Under the pieces are notes generated by a model, which saw only the letters and a list, made by a program, of their open reading frames with translations, was not told the origin of the DNA and ran no database searches. The translations under genes were made by a program, and so were the position numbers. Below are positions 18,238 through 28,172 of a stretch of DNA of 64,000 bases, in pieces. Source of the DNA: a virus (taxonomy: Duplodnaviria > Heunggongvirae > Uroviricota > Caudoviricetes); the IMG/VR virus record IMGVR_UViG_3300046096_000174, positions 8,024 through 72,023 of that record. One strand, given 5' to 3'. Numbering within the stretch: the stretch's first letter is position 1; each line of letters opens with the position of its first letter.

Positions 18238-18587
18238 AAATCGTAATGTCTTTTTCTATGGCAATTCGCACAAAGAAGTAGACACTTATCTAATTCATCT
18301 TCAATTTTCTTACTCCATGATGTTGCCCTTACCTTTGAAATATTAAAATCTTTTTCTTCTGGATTCATATGATGAAAATCATAGATTGCTTGATGGTCAA
18401 TTATACCACAATCTTCACAGCTACCACCCTTATACTCAACCGCCAATTTTTTAAAACTTCTCTGTCTTTCAAGTGTAGTTTCATGGATACAAACCTTGCA
18501 CCAAGAATGGAACTGATTTTTTCTTCTACCATAAAATTCTTTTAAATTTTTCTCTTGCTTACATCTACTACATGTTTTAGTTTCCAT
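18228..18587 (-). CDS. HNH homing endonuclease
   Basis: Cys clusters with CANCHRKRH. The stop codon lies inside the 5' acceptor stem of the downstream tRNA-like element. Confidence 0.7.
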   Translation of the reverse strand: METKTCSRCKQEKNLKEFYGRRKNQFHSWCKVCIHETTLERQRSFKKLAVEYKGGSCEDCGIIDHQAIYDFHHMNPEEKDFNISKVRATSWSKKIEDELDKCLLLCANCHRKRHYDLRL

Positions 18588-18600
18588 ATCACCCTTAAAT

Positions 18601-18679
18601 TGGCGCGTCTGGAGGGATTCGAACCCCCATTGACTCCATTACGATACTACGGTGTAGAAGACCGTTTCGGTACAGACGC
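18601..18679 (-). tRNA. tRNA-like element lacking a normal D-arm (possible Arg-UCU anticodon arm)
   Basis: Acceptor GCGTCTG/CAGACGC-G-CCA. T-arm GGGGG-TTCGAAT-CCCTC. Hairpin ACGGT-CTTCTAC-ACCGT. Only 5 nt separate the acceptor and the anticodon stem. Confidence 0.35.
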
Positions 18680-18747
18680 ATGTTTGTACGGGCCTTGCAC
18701 CCGATGGTAGCTCAATCTCAGCTATGAGTTAACAGGGTGCGACCCTA

Positions 18748-19218
18748 TCATTGCTCCATTGTACCAAGAAATTTGAAGTTCTCAACAACTACTTGCAATT
18801 TAAACAAATAATTTCTACTGTAAGAACCTACATCACCTCCTACTACAATACGATGATACATTTTATCAGCAATCATATCCTTCAACAAATAAGTCTTAAT
18901 GATATAAGCACCGATTGTACCATCTGGTTTATGAATCTTGTACAGGTAGTAGTCAGCTTTTGAAATTGCTATTCCAGAAGCACGACCCCAACTTTCATAT
19001 TCTACACCAATATTGCCAGTTCTTGCACAACTAAAATCTTCTTTGATTTCAATCGTTACCTCACGCCCTTTAGGAAAACGCATACGTAAATCATAGTCTG
19101 AGTTATTACACTCATCTACAAAAGCGAGTCCATGCTTTTCAGCTAGGAAGCTTGCTATTTGCTTTTCAGTTTTACGTGCTATCTTAAAGTCGGTAGCAAA
19201 GTCGTAATTAGGCTGCAT
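18748..19218 (-). CDS. Hypothetical protein (possible PD-(D/E)xK-like D...EIK motif)
   Basis: DYDLRM...VTIEIKED pattern only; weak. Confidence 0.3.
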   Translation of the reverse strand: MQPNYDFATDFKIARKTEKQIASFLAEKHGLAFVDECNNSDYDLRMRFPKGREVTIEIKEDFSCARTGNIGVEYESWGRASGIAISKADYYLYKIHKPDGTIGAYIIKTYLLKDMIADKMYHRIVVGGDVGSYSRNYLFKLQVVVENFKFLGTMEQ

Positions 19219-20938
19219 TCAATTGTGAGTTAAGCAAACTACGAATTTCATCTACACTAGTTTCTTTCACAAGTTTACCATCTTTAAAGACAGTTTGCAA
19301 GCAACCTTGAGCTTCTTGCTCTTTAGTTTGTTGGTCATACAACACAAACTTACCGTCTTCAAACTCAACTCGCAATAAACCCTTAGCAGACTTCTTAGTA
19401 CCGCTGTCAGTGATAGGGTCTTTGTATAACTCAGAACCTTCACCATTAACTTCGGCATAAGTAGCTTTCATAGCAAAACCAAATGAATCACGAGTGACGT
19501 ATTGGTAAGTATAAGAGCCGATACCGAAGACTACGTTACTAGAAGCAAAACCCTTGGCTTTCAAACGCTTGAGAATTTGGTCAGCACGTTCTAAGGTAAT
19601 TGAATCACCGTAGATTAAGCCAACGTGTTCATCAAGCATCTTAAAGCCTTCGGCATTTACTGTGCCACCGAAAGTATCCCATAAGCATTGTACTGCACCT
19701 TTTTGTGCTGGTGACAATTCAACTGGTTCGAAACTAACAAGTCGGCTACCATCAATATAGTAGTATTGTTTGTCGTAACGATTCCACTCAAGTTCAACAG
19801 TTGCCAAATATACTTGACCTTCAAACAAGAAGTAATCACTTGGCGCATCATCACCTATTTCACCGTGGTCGGTTTCTGCACGTACACGAGATTCAATTAC
19901 ATCCTCTGCCCAACGTTTAGCCTCTTCTAGCGTAGTTGAGTTAAGTTTTTGAATCTCAATACCACAAAGAATCTCAACAGGGTCACCACTATCAGGACGG
20001 AATACAACTTTGTTCAAACCGATAGCGTTAGGAGTACGAGCCATAATCTCAGGCTTTAACTCTTTAGCCATGTCGGTAATAACATGCCAGAAATCCCATG
20101 TATCGCTAACAATACTGACAACACCAGAAGGACATACTTCAGTAATCAAACGGCGAAATGTTTCAATCTCTGATTCTTTACCACCAGCGCACATAACGCT
20201 ATGTTCAGTAGCAGGTACAGAACCACCGATAAACGTATTTAAACCACCGTAGAAGGCTTCCAAATAGTCAATGGCAGGGATAGTATCAGTACCCAAGAAA
20301 GACGTTAAGTGACCGCTGGCGCTGGCTGCATCATTCAGACCGCTTAAACCACGGTAGCTGAAGTCGTGACCTTGCCACAATACGAAGTCCAATGGCGCAC
20401 CAGTTTCCTTAGCATATTTGGTAAGAATCTTGCGATACTCAAACGCAGTAGTCGCAGTAGTGATTGGCTTCCACAATTCAGTACTAACTGCAGTCTCAAG
20501 ATAGTTAGTCAACCAGAAAAATTCTGGCAATGTATTCTTGATAGTGAGTACTGGAACTTTGATATCTACCAATGAACCTTCTGGCAAAGCTTTGATTTCG
20601 ATAGGCAAGTAGCCTAAGTCCCACAATGCTGCAATATGGTCAGTACCAACTACACCTTCACCAAGTGCCATATCTACACGGCGCTTGTATTCAGATACTA
20701 CGACAGCTTTTGGTTTGGCGAAGAAACCGTAGTGAAAAGCTTCCATCAAGAAAGACTTGATAAAACCTTGCAAACCAAACATCACAATTTGGTCAGGCTT
20801 CTTAGCGCCAGCACTAGGTGCAAGACGGTTAGAGCGTGGTGTGAAGTTACTGTAAATCATGGTAGTACCTTTAGGGTACATATCTTTGTGACCTACTTTA
20901 TAAAAATCACATGCTGTCATCGGGTTAATATAACTCAT
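19208..20938 (-). CDS. Nicotinamide phosphoribosyltransferase family protein (NadV/NAMPT-like; candidate Namat of a NARP1-type pathway)
   Basis: N-terminal TACDFYKVGHKDMYPKG (NAMPT D-S/F-YK-H motif). About 575 aa. Confidence 0.75.
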   Translation of the reverse strand: MSYINPMTACDFYKVGHKDMYPKGTTMIYSNFTPRSNRLAPSAGAKKPDQIVMFGLQGFIKSFLMEAFHYGFFAKPKAVVVSEYKRRVDMALGEGVVGTDHIAALWDLGYLPIEIKALPEGSLVDIKVPVLTIKNTLPEFFWLTNYLETAVSTELWKPITTATTAFEYRKILTKYAKETGAPLDFVLWQGHDFSYRGLSGLNDAASASGHLTSFLGTDTIPAIDYLEAFYGGLNTFIGGSVPATEHSVMCAGGKESEIETFRRLITEVCPSGVVSIVSDTWDFWHVITDMAKELKPEIMARTPNAIGLNKVVFRPDSGDPVEILCGIEIQKLNSTTLEEAKRWAEDVIESRVRAETDHGEIGDDAPSDYFLFEGQVYLATVELEWNRYDKQYYYIDGSRLVSFEPVELSPAQKGAVQCLWDTFGGTVNAEGFKMLDEHVGLIYGDSITLERADQILKRLKAKGFASSNVVFGIGSYTYQYVTRDSFGFAMKATYAEVNGEGSELYKDPITDSGTKKSAKGLLRVEFEDGKFVLYDQQTKEQEAQGCLQTVFKDGKLVKETSVDEIRSLLNSQLNAA

Positions 20939-20948
20939 TTAAACTCCT

Positions 20949-21749
20949 TTAAATTACTGTCACAGAATCTGCAACAGATTGGTTCATGTTGTTGTGTACG
21001 TAGATTGTAGCATAGAGTTTCAACAATTCATCCGTACCTTTAGAAAAAATTCCGTGGGTTACGTAAAGATTGAGAGATGTAATATTTGGCTGTGTTCGCT
21101 TTAGCATTTCAGCCAAGGACAAGAACGTGGCTCCACCATCACAGATATCATCAACTACGCATACGTTTCCACAGATTGTATCATAAGATTCGTCAACATA
21201 GACTACTTGACCATCTTTACGAACCTTTAGCAGTGTGTGGCAAGGCGTACCTAAGCTAACCTGATAGTGTGTCAGAACCTTATCAGCTGCGCCCTTATCT
21301 GGTGCAATCAATACATCAAATTTAGGTAAGTACTTTGCACAAGATGCTTGTGTCATGTGCTTCAACTGCATACCATAAGAGGCTAAAACATGTGCAGTAA
21401 CCTCACTGTGAACATCCTTCACATAGATGTTGTTGTAGTGCGGGAATGCTTTAAGCATGTGACCGAAGACCCGCAAGGCAAAACTCTCACCTTCATGGCA
21501 TACACGGTCTTGACGACCATAAGGTACGTAGGGAATATGCAAGTCGATTTTCTCACGGGGTACACCTTGCTGATAGAGGGCATCCAGCATGTTAAACGTC
21601 ATGAAAATTTCATCAGAAGAAGGCATGGTCATAATGATATCAACCTTCTCGTGAAGTTCAACCAGTGGTAATTTAATACCAACTTCACCAGCTGGAAATT
21701 TCCATTGCTGAAAACTAGTTGGTTTTCCGTTCAAGCGTAATTCTAACAT
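20949..21749 (-). CDS. Ribose-phosphate pyrophosphokinase (Prs)-family protein (candidate Adps of a NARP1-type pathway)
   Basis: PRPP-binding loop VVDDICDGGATF and a Prs-like N-terminal domain. Lies immediately upstream of the NAMPT-like gene. Confidence 0.65.
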   Translation of the reverse strand: MLELRLNGKPTSFQQWKFPAGEVGIKLPLVELHEKVDIIMTMPSSDEIFMTFNMLDALYQQGVPREKIDLHIPYVPYGRQDRVCHEGESFALRVFGHMLKAFPHYNNIYVKDVHSEVTAHVLASYGMQLKHMTQASCAKYLPKFDVLIAPDKGAADKVLTHYQVSLGTPCHTLLKVRKDGQVVYVDESYDTICGNVCVVDDICDGGATFLSLAEMLKRTQPNITSLNLYVTHGIFSKGTDELLKLYATIYVHNNMNQSVADSVTVI

Positions 21750-21927
21750 CTTCGGTTCCTTTCAATAGTTGAGCAACCTTAAGTAGGTCACTCTCTGGCA
21801 TTTGCATGGCATCAAGTATAACACCATTTTTATCTAGTTTCTGCAAACAGAAAAAATCTTTGCTGTAAGCGTAAGTGAAGTCGTTTTGCATTAGTGGCAC
21901 TGACCCCAAGACATACCGGGAATCCAC
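21715..21927 (-). CDS. Hypothetical small protein
   Basis: ORF between the polymerase and the Prs-like gene, overlapping both. Confidence 0.3.
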   Translation of the reverse strand: MDSRYVLGSVPLMQNDFTYAYSKDFFCLQKLDKNGVILDAMQMPESDLLKVAQLLKGTEDVRITLERKTN

Positions 21928-24182
21928 TCAAAGCCTAACTCTACCTTCAACTTAAGCTCTTCCACGGCCTTCTTAATACCAATATCAATGCACTCAACTG
22001 GAGCCGTTTTAAAGCCTACGTAAGGCCCCTTAGAACCATGTCCAATAGCACTAGAGCCTTCGCACAATGCAGCCTTCGCATCCTCTTCTGTCGCAAAGCC
22101 CTTAACCTGCATCAACTGAGGGTGACAAGCCATTTGTTGCTCGTCATGCATGTGAATCAACCACCAGACTTTTACATCTTCCTTTGAGTGCTTGAATGGG
22201 TCACCTAAGATATTACGCTCTTCCATAGCTTCAGCTAAACGAATAGCAGACCACTTAGCAGAGATAGCACCTCCAGATTGGAATAGGACGTTAATAAGGC
22301 TGTGTTTACTGCGAGTTGATAGCAACCTACCATCCAAGCCTTGAATGTACTTCTTACCGCTGTATTCCCATGACTTCTCAACCCTTTCTTTTAACTCCTT
22401 CAGTGCAGGTACAGCTTCCCAATATTCATTGAATAAGCGTTTACCTTCATCTTCGGAGATACCTAACATCTTAGCAAGCTTCTTAGGTTGAGCGCCATAA
22501 ATCGCAGCATAAGAAAATGACTTAGCTGAGTTACGGTCAATACCTAATTTACGAGCGTTAATACTGTGAATATCGTTAGGCTTTTCTGCCACCAAAGCTT
22601 CAGCTAATGCAGGACCATCCGTATATTTCATAACGTAGTGTCCCATAACTCGTGCCTCAAGTGAAGCGAAGTCATAGCCTAGTTGCCACAAGCCTTTACC
22701 TGCACCAAATAGGTTACGCATTTGTTCACCATACAGCGAAGTAACACGAGGCACATTACAAACAATCTTATGGCGATAACGTCCAGTATTAGCTCCTAAA
22801 GTATCTGCAGGAGTAGGAATGCGACCATCTTCACGGACGTTACTCAAGAAGCCAGTTACAGGGTCACCATCATCGTCCAGCACACCACCAGCAATTGAAT
22901 TACGGCGGTGACGATACGTGTAGTAATGCACTACGTCTTTAACGAAGCCAGCCTTCTCCCCTAAGCTAATCAGGTTAGGGCAGATTTCTTTTTCAACACC
23001 TACAGTAAGCTTTGGAGTTGTTGGCAAGTAAATAGGTTTTGAGCCATTGATTTTACCTTGCAGGAAACGCTCTAGGTTTTCCATCTTGCAGCCAAGCATC
23101 TCTAGGCGCAAGTCTTTGAATACTGAGGTTTCAGTTTGAGCTACGTAGCGTTCAATAGCTACTAAGATTTCGTCATAAGTACGAACAGATTTATCCGTCT
23201 TCTTAACAATATCTCGTTCCTTGACTTCTGAAGGTTCCCAACCTAAGGAAATCAGATAGCCTTTAACCACATCAATATCTTCAATATCTGCAACTACGTG
23301 CGTCTTCAATGGTTCTTGAGTAGTGATAGGAAATGTTTTCCCTTCGAGAACAATCGTTCCCTTATCCTCTGATAATACAGCACCAGTTTTCTCACAGAAC
23401 TTAATCAAGTTAGAAGAGATATCACCATTTTTCTTAAAGCGAATCTTTGGCAGTTCAAAAAAGCTTGCAGCTATCTTAGACATGCGTTTCTGAGGCAGCA
23501 TAGGGTCAACTACTACAGCGATATCCTGCATCATCTTATTGAGTTCTACAAGGTTTTGCTCTGCTAGTTTGACATTGAAATCAAAGCCGAACAGTTCTTG
23601 ACGTAAGGTTAAGTCCGTGAGTTTAATCTCAACAGAGTATGAACGGCTCCAATCATGGTCTTCTTGCTCTTCGATAAGCTTGTAGTGAACAGTTTCGTTG
23701 ACACTAGTATCTTGGATACAGTAGTCCAGCATCTCTTGAGAGAAGCGGTCCCACTCTTCAAAATGGGTTTTATGGTTGCCAAGGCGCTTACCCCATGCAT
23801 CAAGGCTGTGTCCACCAAAGCGGTCAGGACTGAGAAGCTTTGACCACAAGAGTGTATCTGTAACCTTGCAAGGCTTACCAAAGACTAGCGAAGGCTTATC
23901 TGGATAACCAATCTGATAGTCAAGCACACCGTACAGCATGAGTACTGGCAAGTCGAAGGCTACGATGTTGTGACCAATTAGCTCAGTGCAATCACGCAGA
24001 ATGTGCTGAAGCTTTTGCTTAGTAATTTCCTCTTTAACCAAAGAAATTACAGCCTTAGTGTCTAAGTTGCGGATAACCACACACCAGACCTTGTAATCAG
24101 GCTTCAGACAGTAAGGCATAGTCGAGTAGTCCAAACCATTCTGTAGTAGGTTGGTACTCTCAATGTCGATAATGAAACGCAT
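21891..24182 (-). CDS. DNA polymerase, family A (T7 gp5-like) with an N-terminal 3'-5' exonuclease
   Basis: Exo I IDIEST and Exo II GHNIVAFDLPVL. Pol motif A YDFASLEARVMGHY, motif B RNSAKSFSYAAIYG and motif C HMHDEQQ. Confidence 0.85.
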   Translation of the reverse strand: MRFIIDIESTNLLQNGLDYSTMPYCLKPDYKVWCVVIRNLDTKAVISLVKEEITKQKLQHILRDCTELIGHNIVAFDLPVLMLYGVLDYQIGYPDKPSLVFGKPCKVTDTLLWSKLLSPDRFGGHSLDAWGKRLGNHKTHFEEWDRFSQEMLDYCIQDTSVNETVHYKLIEEQEDHDWSRSYSVEIKLTDLTLRQELFGFDFNVKLAEQNLVELNKMMQDIAVVVDPMLPQKRMSKIAASFFELPKIRFKKNGDISSNLIKFCEKTGAVLSEDKGTIVLEGKTFPITTQEPLKTHVVADIEDIDVVKGYLISLGWEPSEVKERDIVKKTDKSVRTYDEILVAIERYVAQTETSVFKDLRLEMLGCKMENLERFLQGKINGSKPIYLPTTPKLTVGVEKEICPNLISLGEKAGFVKDVVHYYTYRHRRNSIAGGVLDDDGDPVTGFLSNVREDGRIPTPADTLGANTGRYRHKIVCNVPRVTSLYGEQMRNLFGAGKGLWQLGYDFASLEARVMGHYVMKYTDGPALAEALVAEKPNDIHSINARKLGIDRNSAKSFSYAAIYGAQPKKLAKMLGISEDEGKRLFNEYWEAVPALKELKERVEKSWEYSGKKYIQGLDGRLLSTRSKHSLINVLFQSGGAISAKWSAIRLAEAMEERNILGDPFKHSKEDVKVWWLIHMHDEQQMACHPQLMQVKGFATEEDAKAALCEGSSAIGHGSKGPYVGFKTAPVECIDIGIKKAVEELKLKVELGFEWIPGMSWGQCH

Positions 24183-24243
24183 AACTTCCTTTCAAAATGC
24201 AATAAGCCCCAAGTATATCACAACTTGGGGCCTAGAGCAACAA

Positions 24244-25986
24244 TTAAATGCTAACTGGATTAGCTTTCTTCCACTCAGTCAGGTTATGAAGAGTGTGTGT
24301 AGCGTTATCGTAGTAGATGAAACCAGCAGGGCCAGTTAAACCACATACACGATTCTTGGTGACGCTAATCTCGGTACTATTTCGAGTAACTTCATCCTCT
24401 GCCATCTTATCACGCTTTAGCAAAATATTTGCAGAAGCTGATTTAATAATGGTACTAGAACCCATGATGTTCTGCTCATTATCTGCTCCGCTTTGACCTG
24501 CAGGGGTCTTACGCATGTGATTAATAAACACGAATGTAACACCGTGGCTCTTAATGAAGCTCTTAGCCCACTTCATGAAAGTAGCTTGTTCGTCATTACT
24601 TAGACCATCTAAGATATCTTGCAAGGGGTCTAGCACGATTACCTTAGCACCACAACCTACTACCAATTCAGCAATAGTCTCTTGAATATCTTCTACTGAA
24701 CCATCACGGTTATCTAGCAGATAGAAACGAGAGTTACCTGATTCATTCAGCATTAGATTTTCAGCTTGTTGTTTAACTCGGTCAGAGCGTAAGAATGCAA
24801 GTTTCTCTTCCTGAGTTGGAATCAAAGATAGCTTCTTTTCGATATGACGAGATAACAGCACTTCACCATATTGTCCTGCATCTAATTCCATAGACACAAT
24901 ACCAATCATATGCGGTGAATTGAAAATCCAGTAGTAAATCATTTCGTTAACTAGTGTAGTTTTACCTACGCCAGTATCTGCAGCAATGTTCACAATATGA
25001 CCTAATGGCATACCACCTACGAATAAATCATTCAGCTCACCCATGAAGGATGGAAACGGAATCTTAGCCATAGCTGATTGATTCAGGATACGGTCATACA
25101 AACCACTTGAGGGTAATACACCTACAGGCACGAAAGTCTTTGCATTGTAGAAGTCACTAATGAACGCTTTAAACTCACCCTTCTCAAGGTACTCATTAGC
25201 ATCCTTATGCTTCATCTGCATAATCTTTACTTTACCCTTAGGCAGTACTTTAACTACTTGCTCAATAGCAGCTTGACCAGCCTTATCGTTATCGTAGGAG
25301 ATAATAATATTGTCGAATGAATCAAAGAACTTATATTGTGCAGCAATTTGCTTATGAGAGTTAGCACCAGTTGTGGGACTAACTACGGCAGTTTCAACAT
25401 CAAGGCCACGGCTCTTATTGTATTCGCTCATCATCTGGTAAGCAGATAACGCATCTACTTCACCTTCAGTAATGACTACATACTTGCCACCACGATTAAA
25501 CTTGAACTGCATAAACAATTCGCAATCAGCACCAGTACGACCCTTAGAGTAAAAGTTCTTTGGTACTTCACGGATTTTATAACCTACCAATTGACCTTCT
25601 TGAGTACAAGGGTAGAATTGTTCCATCACTTCACCAGTTTCTAGAGAATAGGTATAACGCACACCAAATTTACTAGTGGTAGCGTCATCTAAGCCACGAA
25701 AGCCTTTACCCTTAGTGGAGGTTTCAGCCTTCACAATATCCTTCTCTTCAGCCGACAGTGCAGGTTTAGTGCTAGGCTTAATTTCCATATCCATATCTTC
25801 CTTTCCAACTTTACTTTTTACCCTGCTTTTGGGTCTACGTTTTAACTCGTCAAGCTGTTCCTTGAAATCGTCACTAAGCTTTGCGTCTTTGCAGACCCAA
25901 CAGTAATGGCTACCATCATTATAGATAGCCTTACCGTCAGAGCTTCCGCATTTTTCACAATCAGTGTGCTTAATAAATGCTGCCAT
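24244..25986 (-). CDS. Bifunctional primase-helicase (T7 gp4-like)
   Basis: N-terminal Zn ribbon CEKCGSS...HYCWVC, a TOPRIM region, and a DnaB-family helicase with Walker A AADTGVGKTT. Confidence 0.8.
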   Translation of the reverse strand: MAAFIKHTDCEKCGSSDGKAIYNDGSHYCWVCKDAKLSDDFKEQLDELKRRPKSRVKSKVGKEDMDMEIKPSTKPALSAEEKDIVKAETSTKGKGFRGLDDATTSKFGVRYTYSLETGEVMEQFYPCTQEGQLVGYKIREVPKNFYSKGRTGADCELFMQFKFNRGGKYVVITEGEVDALSAYQMMSEYNKSRGLDVETAVVSPTTGANSHKQIAAQYKFFDSFDNIIISYDNDKAGQAAIEQVVKVLPKGKVKIMQMKHKDANEYLEKGEFKAFISDFYNAKTFVPVGVLPSSGLYDRILNQSAMAKIPFPSFMGELNDLFVGGMPLGHIVNIAADTGVGKTTLVNEMIYYWIFNSPHMIGIVSMELDAGQYGEVLLSRHIEKKLSLIPTQEEKLAFLRSDRVKQQAENLMLNESGNSRFYLLDNRDGSVEDIQETIAELVVGCGAKVIVLDPLQDILDGLSNDEQATFMKWAKSFIKSHGVTFVFINHMRKTPAGQSGADNEQNIMGSSTIIKSASANILLKRDKMAEDEVTRNSTEISVTKNRVCGLTGPAGFIYYDNATHTLHNLTEWKKANPVSI

Positions 25987-27011
25987 TATTCTCCATTCTT
26001 AATTAACCATTTGTTACTAATAGCTTTGAAACTGGAGTCATGCACAGTATTGGATTTAAAGACTACACCCTCTCGTTCTGAACCATTGAGTTGAGACTTA
26101 CCTTCTGCAAAGTCGATAATACTTTGAATGGTTTGCTCTTTGATATCGGTGGCAGAAACTAAGATAGGTACGTGCTTTAAGCCTAGACGCTTACATGCAG
26201 CTTCAAGCTGAATTGGCAAGATGTACTCGCCAGTGCTTGTATTGTACATGTCGTACACGTAAAAGTCAAGCTTTGTTTTGTACTGATTGCCTTGAATACC
26301 TTCACCAATCATTTCACCCTGAATTGCCATACCTGAGAGGCTATGGCGGCGCATAACACCTTCGATATCTAATTGCAAGGCTAACTGCCAGAAGGCATTA
26401 CCTTCGGTTTGCTTTAGGTCTAGGTTGCGACTGCATACGTGGAATTCGCCAAATAGGTCAAGATAAAACGTGCATGATGAACCGTCAAGCTTTTCAGTGA
26501 TTGACCATGTATCTTCTTGCAACTTTGGAAAGTTACGAGTAAGGTTTTGAATACGTGCTTGGTCAGTCTTTGGTACTAATGCAGGGAAATTGCCTCGTGC
26601 CATACCAGCAAGTTGAGCATTCATAGGACGCTCCCACTTTAGGATACCGAGTAGTTCTGTTACATCATTTGTGTCATCGGAAAGAGTAGCGACAAATTCA
26701 CCTAGATTCAAAGCATCCATGGACAGCAATAAACCCTGTGATAGTTGACCACGCAGTTTTACAGTACGTAGACGCTCACCTTTTACACCTTCAAATTCAC
26801 GAGGTTCTTTACCTTTGGATAGAAATGGTGCTAATTCTGTTGGAATCCATGCATCAATTTCTACGTAACAAGCGAGTGAATCAACTTGAAATTCACCCTT
26901 CTTAACTACCACTTTCCAACCATCGACTACAGCGACTTCGATTGCATCTGCACCTTCAATAGGCTCTAGTGCAGCAATTTTACGGATGGTTGCTAATTGA
27001 CGTTCTGACAT
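25986..27011 (-). CDS. ATP-dependent RNA ligase-family nucleotidyltransferase
   Basis: Motif I TEKLDGSS, motif IV EREGVVFK and motif V FKAISNKW. Confidence 0.5.
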   Translation of the reverse strand: MSERQLATIRKIAALEPIEGADAIEVAVVDGWKVVVKKGEFQVDSLACYVEIDAWIPTELAPFLSKGKEPREFEGVKGERLRTVKLRGQLSQGLLLSMDALNLGEFVATLSDDTNDVTELLGILKWERPMNAQLAGMARGNFPALVPKTDQARIQNLTRNFPKLQEDTWSITEKLDGSSCTFYLDLFGEFHVCSRNLDLKQTEGNAFWQLALQLDIEGVMRRHSLSGMAIQGEMIGEGIQGNQYKTKLDFYVYDMYNTSTGEYILPIQLEAACKRLGLKHVPILVSATDIKEQTIQSIIDFAEGKSQLNGSEREGVVFKSNTVHDSSFKAISNKWLIKNGE

Positions 27012-27020
27012 GTTTACTCC

Positions 27021-27926
27021 TTACATATCGTCTTTATGACGAATACCTTGAAACACTGGAAAGCGGGGTACGCTATAACCAGTACCTACATCGAAATACT
27101 TGACCTTTGCAAGCTGACCAGCTAGTGTATCACGGATTTCCCACAACTCTGCACGTAGCGCATCAGTAAAGCCACTACCACAACCGAATTCTAAGCCTTC
27201 AGAGGTACGTAGAAGGAGCGTTCCCATAGTATCTAGGGCTACCATACCCTCCTTACTTGTAGAGCGTTCTGTGCGGCCTAATTCGTTAGTCTTTGCTTCA
27301 TTGGTATTGTGGTACTTCGGTTCCCAACCAATGATGTCAAACTCCTTGTCTACGAAACGCTTAACCTTCTGCAGTTCTGGTGTCTTTGTACCAGAGCGAC
27401 CGCACTTATATTTAGCATGTGCATCACGAAGCATAACACCTTCAGCACCTAAATCTAGAAAATAGGCTTCAGCTGCAGCAATATCTTCATCGTCAAGCAT
27501 ATACGTATGCTTAAGTAATTGTGCTCGTTGTGGAAAACGCCCACGGTCAAACATATCGCTCAACTGGTTATAGCGTTCTAACCATGTCTTGTCTGGATGA
27601 TAATAATCGAATACCCACAAACTAAAATCAGGTTCTCCCTCGATACGCATAACACCAGAGGTTGATTGTGTAAATACGTCTGGTGCGTTCTTGTCACCAA
27701 CAATAATTTCACAATCCATGCCTTCTAGTACTGTAGCGTGATGCGCTACATAAGCTTGAATAGAGAGATTAGGAATCTTTTTAAGACTGCGGCTATAAGC
27801 TACACCACCAAAGATGATGCAGCGAATACCATCAAGCTTTTCACTCAGGTAACGTAAGGCTGGCTGTGTTTTTACTTTAGCTTGTTCGATAGCTAAGGAT
27901 GGTTTAAAACCTTCTGGAATTGTCAT
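27021..27926 (-). CDS. ATP-dependent DNA ligase (T7-like)
   Basis: Motif I SEKLDGIRC, motif IV GAEGVMLRD and motif V KYKCGRS. Confidence 0.7.
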   Translation of the reverse strand: MTIPEGFKPSLAIEQAKVKTQPALRYLSEKLDGIRCIIFGGVAYSRSLKKIPNLSIQAYVAHHATVLEGMDCEIIVGDKNAPDVFTQSTSGVMRIEGEPDFSLWVFDYYHPDKTWLERYNQLSDMFDRGRFPQRAQLLKHTYMLDDEDIAAAEAYFLDLGAEGVMLRDAHAKYKCGRSGTKTPELQKVKRFVDKEFDIIGWEPKYHNTNEAKTNELGRTERSTSKEGMVALDTMGTLLLRTSEGLEFGCGSGFTDALRAELWEIRDTLAGQLAKVKYFDVGTGYSVPRFPVFQGIRHKDDM

Positions 27927-28031
27927 TATCTGTCTCCAACTTTAATGATGCGGTAACGCTTGTTACCAATTTTAAGATATAAACCTGCGTAGTAGAAAAG
28001 CTTTGGCGAATGCCAAATTAACTTAGGACAG

Positions 28032-28169
28032 TTCATTGATATAGCACCGCTAAAATCAAATTGATACCCATAACAACTTGTTGTTGCTCTTGGGGACTAA
28101 GTTGGTTCCATCTACGATGTTTACCAAACTTGGAGGATACTGCATCCCAAAACTTTTCTACGTCAGACA
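28032..28169 (-). CDS. Possible 45-aa small protein (below the track threshold)
   Basis: ATG at 28169 just downstream of the 28173 gene end. Open 46 codons. Confidence 0.2.
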
Positions 28170-28172
28170 TAT

